This document shows positions 1-9,926 of a DNA stretch of 64,000 nt, piece by piece (position 1 is the first letter of the stretch; each line of letters opens with the position of its first letter). The notes below the pieces were generated by a model. It had not been told where the DNA came from, searched no databases, and worked only from the letters and a program-made list of their open reading frames with translations. Source of the DNA: Camelus ferus (lineage: Eukaryota); contig NC_045724.1 of assembly GCF_009834535.1 (NCBI RefSeq), positions 7,750,001 to 7,814,000 on the forward strand, read 5' to 3'. A program made the position numbers and the translations under genes.

Positions 1-99
1 CTCTCTCCTCTGATGCCACCATCCAAAGGAGGGGCCTTCATCCCTTCTTTCTTGGCTCTAACTGAATCACCAAGTTGACCTCACCTCCATCAAAGTCCC

Positions 100-335
100 T
101 TCTCAAACTCAGAAAAGGCCTACTCAGACCTCAGAAAGTATTCTCACCCCCTTGTATTTCCAAGCATCGACATATCTATAACTATTTCACTTGTGTATTA
201 TCTCCCCCTAGAATGTGAATTCCTGGACGCAGAAACCATGTAACTTTTGGCTCCCTGTCACATTCTCAGGTCCCAGCACAGTGCCAGGCACACGGGAGGC
301 ACCCAGTAAGTATTTGCTGGATGGATGAATGAATG
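100..335 (+). mobile_element. LINE2 3' end fragment
   Basis: cccagcacagtgccaggcacac...gtaagtatttgctggatggatgaatgaatg, typical L2 terminus. Confidence 0.7.
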
Positions 336-2076
336 AGAGCCCAAGTTAAACAGCACAGGAATGGACAATTTCAATGTAGACCCCCTTTTTGACAGAAAGT
401 AATATTGAGTATGGGAGGAATATTTTGTTTAGGTACCAATGTGGGTGAGGAATCCTCAACCCCATGTTGTCTTCCTCTCTCTCCCACCTAGCTGCAGCCT
501 GCCCACACTTCTCCAAGGCAGCGGAAATGGGCCAAAGCAGGAAAGGCTGACTCATGGTAGCTTCCAGAGGCTGGGAAAATTTACAGAACCACAGAGGGCA
601 GTGCACACACTGACTTCTGGGACAGAGTGGCCCAACACGCTGGGGGAAGAACCTGAAAGTCAGAGAAGTCTGGAAAGCAGAGGGGAGAGGGTGGATGGCT
701 TCCTATGCCTGGACCACCAGGTTCTACAAGGGAAGTGGCAAGTGGCAATGATGTGCTTGACTGAAGACTGCGGAGGCTGAACGTCTGGCTTTGCGACTAC
801 AGCAAACCCCAGGGAGCTCTGTGACCTGCGAGTAGGAGCAGAAAAAGAAGATACTGGGATTATCCTTGGGTGGACAACTGACAAGTGGCCTCCTGGTGCA
901 CCAGCAACAACAAATCCACGTTGGCTGATGGAGAGACGCAGCCTAGACAGGGAAGCAGAGGAGACCATTAGGAAGGACTGAGGGGTCAGAGGTGAAGGCG
1001 AAGTGGAGCAAGAGGGTCAGCTAGAGCCAGGAAGGGGCGTAACGTGTGTGTGTGTTGGGGGGGGGGGGACAGGCTGAGAAATGAACGTAAACGTTATCAG
1101 GTTCAGGCCACTGAGAGTGCGTGGTGTCCAAAGTGTGTTAAGAGGGCACTGAGATCAACAATTAAGGGGGAACAGAAATGGGCCAGCAATTCGCAAAGGT
1201 GAGAATACTTCTGTCATCCTCAACAGTATTTATCAAGCGTTCCCTCACTGACAGGATTCCAAGCTCAGCAGCCACTAGCGTGGATTCAGAGGAGTAGGAA
1301 TTGCTCTGCTCCTTTGTCAGGGCTAAGGAAGTCTGGATTTCTAAATTCAAAGCAACCATTCGGCTGCTTCTACAAATCAGGAATCAGTCCGAGATATACA
1401 ATATATATTTTAAAAACATCTCTCTTCTTGAGGACTCGTGGAACTTCACGCAGCACCCAGTACACGCCACGCCACCACCGAGGCCAGAGTGTGTGGGGTG
1501 CGCGCCAGTGTCTATGGGCCAGAGACGTGAGTCCCCGCAGGGAGGGCGGCCTCAGACGCCAAAGCTCAGCCCCGCCACCCTGTCGCCCGCTGAGAGGATC
1601 TGGCCGCCAAGGCCTGAAAAAAACAAACAAAAAAATATAATGAATATCCCCAAAGGCCTTTTCTCTCTCTAGACAGCCGAGAAAACAAGCGCTCCACTTC
1701 CCCGGAAATTAGATGCACAGGGGAATTCATTCCATCCTGGAGGCTGGGAAGCCCCTGCGGAAGCGCGACCGGCTGCTGGTGGAGACACAGCTCCAGAAAC
1801 CGAAAAAGAACATTCCCTGAAGTCATGCCTTCCCTGCAAGCGCCGGCTCCCGGGCTGGTGGCCACTGTGGATGGCGCCCTGCCCGTCCGCGGAGCGCCCG
1901 GCGCGCCGCCCGGCCAGGTGCATCAGGCCCGTCTCCGCCGGCGGCGCACGCCTCCCGCGCCGGGCACGGGCGGCCCCGCAGCCGAGATTTACCGCGGCGC
2001 AGGGCGGCGGCTTCCGGGGCCGCCCGGCGCCCAAGCTCGGATTACAGGTTCACACGGGGGGCCCGGCCCGCGGCCG

Positions 2077-2204
2077 NNNNNNNNNNNNNNNNNNNNNNNN
2101 NNNNNNNNNNNNNNNNNNNNNNNNNNNNNNNNNNNNNNNNNNNNNNNNNNNNNNNNNNNNNNNNNNNNNNNNNNNNNNNNNNNNNNNNNNNNNNNNNNNN
2201 NNNN
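2077..2204. other. Assembly gap (N); further gaps at 18390-18551, 53266-53434, 59889-60020, 63664-63836
   Basis: runs of N. Confidence 1.
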
Positions 2205-2252
2205 CCGCCGCCGCCGGCCGCCCGGATTGGCTGGCGGCCGCGGCGCCGGCAC

Positions 2253-2261
2253 TTTCCCACG
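2253..2261 (-). promoter_or_regulatory. RBPJ/CSL (Notch) site
   Basis: TTTCCCACG = CGTGGGAAA consensus; HEY1 is an established direct Notch target. Confidence 0.85.
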
Positions 2262-2699
2262 GCCCGCGGCGCGTGCGGCTCACCGGCGGCGCTGCAGGCG
2301 CGGCCTTGGCTTGTGGCCAGGCCAATCGGGGTGCGCGGAGTGGGGCGGGGCCGCGGCCGTCGGCAGGCTGGTGTCCCAGCATGGCCTCCCCCGCCTGCCC
2401 GCCGCCGGCCCACCGCCGCCCGCGCCTCCTCCTTCCCCCCAGCGGAGGCCCGGCGGAGCCCCCGCGGAGCCGACGCACCGCCGCCGGTCTGGGGAGGGCG
2501 CGGAGGGCGGGGGCGGGGCGCGCCCTCGCCCTCAGCCTCGCCCCCGCCCCTCCTCTGAGTCGCTGCCAATCAGCGGAACGAGAAGCCTGGATTGGGCGAT
2601 GGAAGGCGGTTGCCCTGGAGCCACCACCCCGCCCCTCCACCCCCCTCGCCCGCCCCCTCCTCTCCCCCGCCCTCCCCAGGGCCCTGGGAAGGGGCGCAG

Positions 2700-2708
2700 C
2701 GTGGGAAA
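2700..2708 (+). promoter_or_regulatory. RBPJ/CSL (Notch) site
   Basis: CGTGGGAAA, about 150 bp upstream of the ATG. Confidence 0.85.
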
Positions 2709-2855
2709 GGGATGGTTGAGTTTTAACCGGAGGCAGAGCGTGAGTGGGACCAGTGTGTGCGGAACGCGAGCAGCCGAGCGCGGAAAGGCGCAGCTGCTGT
2801 TAACTCCTCCCTGCCCGCCGCGCCGGCCCTCCCCCGGAGCCCCTGCGCAGCCAGC

Positions 2856-2944
2856 ATGAAGCGAGCCCACCCCGAGTACAGCTCCTCGGATAGCGAGCTG
2901 GACGAGACCATCGAGGTGGAAAAGGAGAGTGCGGATGAGAATGG
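2856..2944 (+). CDS. HEY1: HEY1 coding exon 1
   Basis: gccagcATG at 2856; [30 protein letters not shown]; donor GG|gtgagt at 2945. Confidence 0.98.
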
Positions 2945-5367
2945 GTGAGTTGAGGGCGTCAGAGCGGAGCAGGAGCGGGAGGCGAGCGCCGGCTGGCCGC
3001 GGTGACAGCGCTCGAGGGCCCGGGGCACGCCGGCGCCCTGCACTGACCTCTGCGCATCTCCCGCAGGCGTCCGCCCCGGGTGAGGGACCCCGAGGCGCTT
3101 TCAAGCCAAAGTTGCCAAAGCTGTCTGAGTACTGGGGGGACGTAGGCGCGACCTCTCAGATCAGCTCTTCTCGCTTAACGGCGATTTTTTTCCCCCCTCC
3201 TCTCGTTCAGGAACTTGAGTTCGGCTCTAGGTTCCATGTCCCCAACTACATCTTCACAGATCTTGGCCAGGAAAAGACGGAGAGGAGTGAGTCGCTTTAC
3301 AGTGCTCCTTTTTTGGGGGGGGGGAGGGGGCGGGGATTGTTTTGTTTAATTAATTAACGGAAAGAACCACCTCTCTTCACCTTGGAATTTACAGTCATAA
3401 TGGAAATGTCCTCCTTTGTTTTGCCTGCCTTCTACAGATCATTGAGAAGCGCCGACGAGACCGGATCAATAACAGTTTGTCTGAGCTGAGAAGGCTGGTA
3501 CCCAGTGCTTTTGAGAAGCAGGTAATGGAGAAAGTAGATAGAGCCCTCAGTGTAGCTATGCACGCCTTCAGAATCCTTCCCCTCATGAATCTGAACCTCA
3601 CCCGTGTCTTGGAAAATAACCGCGTTGTTTGTGCGGAGGGAGATGAATTCATCCAGATTCGAACATATTTTGCGAAGACAACTTATTTTGCTTTAGTCTG
3701 TACTTTTATGATTTACAAAGCATATATGTGCATCTAAATTTTAAGTTGTTCCCCAAAGGCACTTGGTGCCAAAATTAAAAAAAAAAAAATTTTCCCCCTC
3801 TTCTCTTCTGTAGGGATCTGCCAAGCTAGAAAAAGCCGAGATCCTGCAGATGACAGTGGATCACCTGAAAATGCTGCACACCGCGGGGGGGAAAGGTACA
3901 TCTCCAGTCTGGCGGGGGCCCTGAGTGTTGGGGGTAGAATGAACAGCTGCGGACAGCCAGGACTGGTGCATTCGCTGCCTTATATTTGCTGTGTGCTTTG
4001 GGGGTGGGGAGAGAACGTGCGTGGTGTGTGGGACTGCCTGTCAGTGCATTTTCACGTGCACATTTCCTCCAGCGAACTCATCACCCCAACCCTCTGCAAA
4101 TGAAGCTAATGCACCTTCTTTTGGAAAATACCTATTATGTGTGATGTGCCCATAAAATTGTGATTCAAATCAGGTAGCTCTCACATTTGTTTATTGCCAT
4201 TCTGAGGAAAAGCTTTTTTTTTTTTTAAAGTATATAAGCTTAATTTCATATACAAGATTTTAAAAGAGTGAACTGCCACATGACTCTTGAGGAAAGAAAT
4301 CTCTTGCGGTTAACTAGAGAAAACTCAACAGAAGGTGGGAGACGGAGCTCTGTGTGCCTGTCTCCAGCCAGAAAATGCTTCTCTCTGCATCAAGTGCCTA
4401 AAAGCCCCGTGATGATAACTTACATCTGTGTGTCTAATGAATTTCACTACTCTGTGGTTTTTCTCTCCTTGATGTATTTTTTGTTGTTGTTGAGGGAATA
4501 CATTAAAGGAATGAACATAGTTTCATCTGCCGGTAGGGTATAATTCCAGTTTCTGCTTGGCAATTTCTAATTGGGCTTTGAACTTGGATTAGCAAACATA
4601 TACTCCTCATGTTGATCAATGCAAAGATTTTGGTTGACTCCCAAGTATTTGGACTTTCAGAAGAGCCCGTGAATGCCGTTTTTTAAAGGATGTAGGTATT
4701 TTCCAGGAAGGGCTGCCTTTGGGATTGAAATAATTAGGGAAATGAGCGACGCTCTAAGGTTTTTCTTTTGTTCTTTTCCTCAGGCTATTTTGACGCGCAC
4801 GCCCTCGCTATGGACTATCGGAGTTTGGGGTTTCGGGAATGCCTGGCAGAAGTCGCCCGTTACCTGAGCATCATCGAAGGACTAGATGCCTCTGACCCGC
4901 TTCGGGTTCGACTGGTCTCGCATCTGAACAACTACGCCTCCCAGCGGGAAGCGGCGAGCGGTGCCCACGCAGGCCTTGGACACATTCCCTGGGGCAGCGC
5001 CTTCGGACATCACCCGCACGTCGCGCACCCCCTGTTGCTGCCCCAGAACAGCCACGGGAACACTGGCACCACGGCCTCGCCCACGGAACCCCACCACCAG
5101 GGCAGGTTGGCCACGGCACATCCGGAGGCGCCCGCTTTGCGCGCGCCCCCTAGCGGCGGCCTTGGACCGGTGCTCCCCGTGGTCTCCTCCGCCTCCAAAC
5201 TCTCGCCGCCCCTGCTCTCCTCCGTGGCCTCCCTGTCGGCCTTTCCCTTCTCTTTTGGCTCCTTCCACTTACTCTCTCCCAATGCACTGAGCCCTTCGGC
5301 ACCCACGCAGGCAGCAAACCTTGGCAAACCCTATAGACCTTGGGGGACGGAGATTGGAGCTTTTTAA
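2856..5367 (+). CDS. HEY1: HEY1, hairy/enhancer-of-split related with YRPW motif 1; spliced CDS join(2856..2944,3211..3286,3438..3521,3814..3895,4784..5367), 304 aa
   Basis: Spliced translation [138 protein letters not shown]...[13 protein letters not shown] has bHLH, Orange domain and YRPW + TEIGAF terminus; exon lengths 89+76+84+82+584=915. Confidence 0.99.
3211..3286 (+). CDS. HEY1: HEY1 exon 2 (ends in basic region/NLS RKRRRG)
   Basis: acceptor ctcgttcag|G; [25 protein letters not shown]; donor GGA|gtgagt. Confidence 0.98.
3438..3521 (+). CDS. HEY1: HEY1 exon 3 (basic region/helix 1)
   Basis: acceptor ttctacag|ATC; [28 protein letters not shown]; donor CAG|gtaatg. Confidence 0.98.
3814..3895 (+). 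CDS. HEY1: HEY1 exon 4 (loop/helix 2)
   Basis: acceptor cttctgtag|GGA; [27 protein letters not shown]; donor AAAG|gtacat. Confidence 0.98.
4784..5367 (+). CDS. HEY1: HEY1 exon 5 coding part (Orange domain, YRPW, TEIGAF)
   Basis: acceptor tttcctcag|GC; matches ORF 4768..5367 from GYFDAH to [11 protein letters not shown]. Confidence 0.99.
5143..5156 (-). promoter_or_regulatory. Candidate CTCF motif inside HEY1 exon 5
   Basis: minus strand CCGCTAGGGGGCGC vs core CC(A/G)SYAGRKGGCRS. Confidence 0.6.
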
Positions 5368-6530
5368 AGAACTGATGCTATAGAATGAGGGCGGGGGAAG
5401 ACTTAAAATCCCAGCTGAGCTGGGCTGTTGCCAACATCACCTTAAAGTCATCAGTAAGGTAAAAAGAAAAAAAGGTACACTTTCAGATAAATTTTGTTGA
5501 AAGACAAAAGGTTTGTTGGTTTACTTTTTTTTTTTAATTTTTTTTATCATGTCATGTATTAGCAGCTTTTAAAAACTAGTTGTTAAATTTTGTTCCAGAC
5601 ATTAAATTGCAATAGTGAGTATAAACCAGCACTTGGTGATAGGTTTGTACTGTGCCTAATTTACTTTGTAAACCTGTCTAAGAAATGATTCCATTTTGGC
5701 CTCAAAGTTTTGGGAGGTTTAATATTTAGTAGTTTCAGTCTGTTCTTCTCCTTGTATAGTGACAGTGTCTTTTTAGAATTAATTTTCCAAACCATTCTAC
5801 ACTCAACGCTAACATGACGCTATTTGTTAATTTTTTTGGCAATTTAAGGTGTTGTATAAATAATATTCTTTTTGGGGGGGAACTATATGGAATTTTATAT
5901 TTCTGAATAAAGCGTTGACAAATCAGATGATCAGCTTTATCCAAGAAAGAAGACTCGGTAATTCTCTGCCTCCTACGGCAGTAAGTTGAATGTACAGCCA
6001 TCAGGGGCCCAGAATCCGAATGCCTGACCGCTATCTACCAGGACTTGTAGTTCTGGCTTAGTTAGGAGAGGTCCGCATTGGAGCTGGCAGGGAGGGGATG
6101 GAAGATAATTGCATAGACTATGCCTGCATTTACCAGCCTCAAGCAATGCAATGCATTTTTAAGCTCACAGATCTCAAATGCACAGATGTTAACATGGATA
6201 AGTGATCATGGTGTGCAAGTGGTCAATGAATAGTCCAGTGGAACCTGTTAAATGCGTAACCTAATTCTTCCCGGAGCTACCTTATTTTCTTTTAACTGAA
6301 AATTTTTCTGTTGTGTTTTCCTTTTTGATGCATGGAAATGTGGTTGTCGAGATACTTAAAAGGGCTTTGCTGCCTTCTACTTGGTTTGTTTAATTTGATT
6401 TGGGCTATAAAAGCATCATTTTACAGGTTTATTCCTATAGCAGGTGTAGTTTAAATGACCTCCTCTGAACTGGGTTTGACCTCTGTTGTACTGATGTGTT
6501 GTGACTAAATAAAAAAGAACAAACTCTTCT
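5368..6530 (+). other. HEY1: HEY1 3' UTR (end approximate)
   Basis: AU-rich sequence after the stop; AATAAA at 5906-5911 and 6508-6513, the latter followed by U/GU-rich sequence. Confidence 0.75.
6508..6513 (+). terminator. Likely main HEY1 polyadenylation signal
   Basis: gactaAATAAAaaagaac followed by U-rich downstream sequence. Confidence 0.7.
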
Positions 6531-8194
6531 GCTGTATATGCCTTACATACTTTGGTCTTTCTCTCTGTTGGCTAAGACAAGATAAATTTTCTTTTCTTTT
6601 CATTTTGCCTGGTTATCAGTTTTCTTATGTCTAATAATTTCATTATTCTTGGAATTCTAAGCTGCATGAATTTGTGCTATTGAATAAGGTGACTTCACTA
6701 TGGTGCAGAGCTTTGGTGTGACTCCCACAAGGGGACTTCGCCCTCCAGCTGTTATGTCAGGTGACCTGGCCCTCAACTGGCCATGTATGGACTCAAAACC
6801 TCAGTGCAGATTGGAAGTTGGCAGGTGGGAGAGAACTCTGATGAAATCTTATAAAATTGTGTTGACCATTTGACAAATTTTTACTGAGAGCATTTACTAC
6901 ATGCTTAATTCTACGCTGGGAGAACAGAATATTTAAATTCTTTTCTTTCTTTCTTTCTTTTTTTTAATGGCAAAATAAGAAAAGCCAAACTGCTCTCTCT
7001 GAGTCCGAGCACCTGAGGCCTGGTGAGCAGTGGCAGGCTGTAATTCTGCACCTGCACCGCTCCAGGAGTCTTTCCTGGCCTTGTTTCCAAGGAATTTGCT
7101 TAACCCTGTCGTTGCATTTGGCTCCTGCACTGTGTAGTGCAGAAACCAACACATGCTTTAGGTTAGAACAAAATGCTGCCAGAACAGAGGCAGTCATCTG
7201 CGCCCTGGGGGAGAGGAGTGCCTTCCCATTGCCTTAAAAGTCATCCTCCTGCCAATTAAGGAGTGCCGTTTCCTAGCTCGGAGGAAGGAGTTCGCCTTGA
7301 TCCTGAGGGCAGAAGGGAGGACAAGGAGAAAACCCACTCTGGCGGATGAAACAGAGCCTTCCTTCTCTTTGCCTAACCACCGAGCTCCTGCTCCCTCCTC
7401 TGATTAAGAAATGAGGATAAGGAGGCAAAGAGAAGTTTGGCCTTTGAACTTGAGCAGCAACTTCTGGGTCCCTGTGAATGGAATGGATGGCGAGTGTGGC
7501 GTTTTTCTGATTGTGGGTTTCAAATGCTAGCTCCCACTCAACCCTCCTCTGTGTGGCCTCGGGGCTTGGTCCCTCCGTGATGCACGGTTGCATTCTTAGC
7601 GCTGCCTGCGCCATGCAGAGGCTCTTTCCGCCTGTCATAATGCGGAGATGGAAAGTGTCATGATGATTTCTGCCAAGTGTCAGTTTCATTTTAGCAACCG
7701 TGATTTCAAATGGCACTACAGCATTCCTGAACAGCATCGTGCTCAGACCATCTTAGGTGCTCCATGGCACACAGGTTGAGATGGCTGCTAATGTGGTAAA
7801 AAAAAAAAAAAAAGAAGTAAAGCCTCTCATTTTGCCGACTCTGCTGGAAGCATGGTGGAACCGTAAACGTGTGGCACATTCCTCTTGTCTTATCAGTGAT
7901 CCCTATGTCACCACCTGGTTAGTTTTTCTCTTTTTGGTGGGGGGATGGGAGTGGGGGTACTCTTCGAGATTACATAGGTATTCAAAGAAATATTTTGGTT
8001 TCTTTTTAAAATCTTTTAAGTTGACAGATTTCTGGAAATGGTAGAGGTGGAGTCTGGGAAACAGGATGGAGTTACGGTGATGAGCCAGAGGTATGTAGAA
8101 AAATGAATGTAGGAAAACTCTTATTTTTATTCTGAACTGATGTAGTATGACAAAAATTAACATCAAGGACATTAGTGCCAGCATAATTTTATGC

Positions 8195-8236
8195 TCTCTC
8201 TCTCTCTATATATATATATATATTTATATATATTTA
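8195..8236. repeat. (CT)n(AT)n microsatellite
   Basis: direct reading. Confidence 0.9.
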
Positions 8237-8799
8237 TGATACTTCTACACACACAATTTTTATATGGCCTGTCAATTTACCTTATAAAAAATAATATCAC
8301 TTGTCACAAAGAATCTTGAAAGGCCTCAATAAGTATCTTTTATCTTCATTATATATATTTACCATGAATTAATGACATGAAATATAGGTGTGCAGAATTC
8401 TTGCATTAAAAAAGAACCTCTAACTCTAAATCTTTTTTAGATTTAGAAAGAAAAAAATCCAAGATGTATCATTCCTAATGTATTCACTATAGTTCAATTA
8501 AGATATGAATTCAGCTTTCTTTTGTCCCACTCTGTTACTCACAAAAATCATGGTATTTTAAACATAGATGACTTATATTTAAAATTCCTCAGAAATTTCT
8601 ATCTCTAAGTTAGGCTTTTCCCCAGCCCTTCTGGTCTATACCAGTGTCACAGCTTTGATGCCTTCATTAGTTTGCAGTGATGTTTTATAATTAAAATAAC
8701 TTCAGAGCTAATATCATCTGAGAGACTGCTTCAAATGTGGCCCAATTTCTTTCACAACCGGAGCTCCAGGGAAGAGGGGGGGGGGGGTTGTCTTGGGAA

Positions 8800-8925
8800 G
8801 GGGACCAGAATTCTGGTTCCTGCTCTGCTTTTATCTCATTGAGTGACCTTCGGTAAGTCATTTAAAATTCTCTGGACCCTGCTTTCCTCACCTGTCGGAT
8901 AAAGTGGTTAGACTAGATGGGGGTC
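8800..8925 (+). mobile_element. MIR fragment
   Basis: gtgaccttcggtaagtcattta...tttcctcacctgtc MIR core. Confidence 0.65.
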
Positions 8926-9437
8926 CCGGGTGCACACTCACAGGGTCAGGCACTTGTGGGGAAGGATGCAGGGGTATCGGCCAGTGGGTGCTGACCCAGG
9001 GGACACGTTCCTAGCACCTTCACTCTGCAGGGTCACATCGCTTCTACACAGGAATTTGGGTCTAGCATTACTAGATCTTTCAAGTTTTCAGAAGCGTCTC
9101 CAATTTTAGATTATTATGTGAAATTGCCCAGTTTATAGAGATTGGTAGCTAATTCACCGAAACCTGCTGCCAGCAAGACTGGGCCAGTGGGCAGCAGCCA
9201 ACTCAAAGCTACAGGGACTCCAATCTGAAAGCTTCTCTGAGGGCTAAAGTTTTCTAGTCTGTTCGTCATGCATGGCTTATGAATATGCTCAATGGATAAA
9301 CACATGCCTAACATAAAATAAACAATGCAGTAATTAGGGAGCTGTAGGTGATATTATGTAAAGATAACGGGCAGAGGTTTTTAAAAATTATTTCTGGGTT
9401 GTATTTCCTCCTGGAGAGAGAAACTGAAATCATTCTT

Positions 9438-9926
9438 CTTTTTATTCTGAGAGCCCCTTTAAAAATTTTTTTTATTGCAGTGTAATTGATTTACAATGTT
9501 AGTTTCTGGTGTACAACAAAGCGATTCAGTCATCCATCTATCTATACGTACATATATATGTATATTTTTCAGATTCTTTTCCAGCATGTTATTACAAGAA
9601 ATTAATCTAGTTCTCTGTGCTATACAGTAGGTCTTTGTTGTTTATCTATTTTATATATAGTAATGTGTATCTGTTAATTCTAAACTCCTAATTTATCCCT
9701 CCCCCAAACCCCCTTTCCCCTTTGGTAACCATGGTTTATTTTCTATGTTTGTGTCTGTTTTGCAAATAAGTTTATTTGTCTCATTTTTTTTAGATTCCAC
9801 ATATAAATGATACCATGTGGTATTTGTCTTTCTCTGTCTGACTTACTTCACTTAGTAAAATAATCTCTAGGTCCATCCATGTTGCTGCAAATGGCATTAT
9901 CTCATTCTTTTTTATGGCTGAGTAGT
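9438..9926 (-). mobile_element. 5'-truncated L1 3' end with 15-bp TSD
   Basis: antisense L1 3' UTR (gttgctgcaaatggcattatctcattcttttttatggctgagtagta); ACTGAAATCATTCTT at 9423-9437 and 9927-9941. Confidence 0.9.

Larger units (their letters stand above)
1450..3200. promoter_or_regulatory. CpG island / HEY1 promoter (interrupted by N gap 2077-2204)
   Basis: Very GC- and CpG-rich; GC boxes (GGGGCGGGG 2342-2350); CCAAT boxes at 2226, 2322, 2566, 2591; no canonical TATA box seen. Confidence 0.93.

Noticed and set aside
1825-3104. Long GC-rich ORFs on both strands (344, 282, 196, 190, 175 aa)
   Set aside because: Low-complexity Pro/Arg/Gly/Ala translations expected in a CpG island with few stops; several run through the N gap; no recognisable domain
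4871-5327. Antisense and alternate-frame ORFs over HEY1 exon 5
   Set aside because: Shadows of a GC-rich coding exon
7656-7733. C/D-box snoRNA-like pattern (ATGATGA ... CTGA with 3-bp stem)
   Set aside because: Not in a known host intron, no clear D'/C' boxes, minimal stem, no convincing rRNA/snRNA guide
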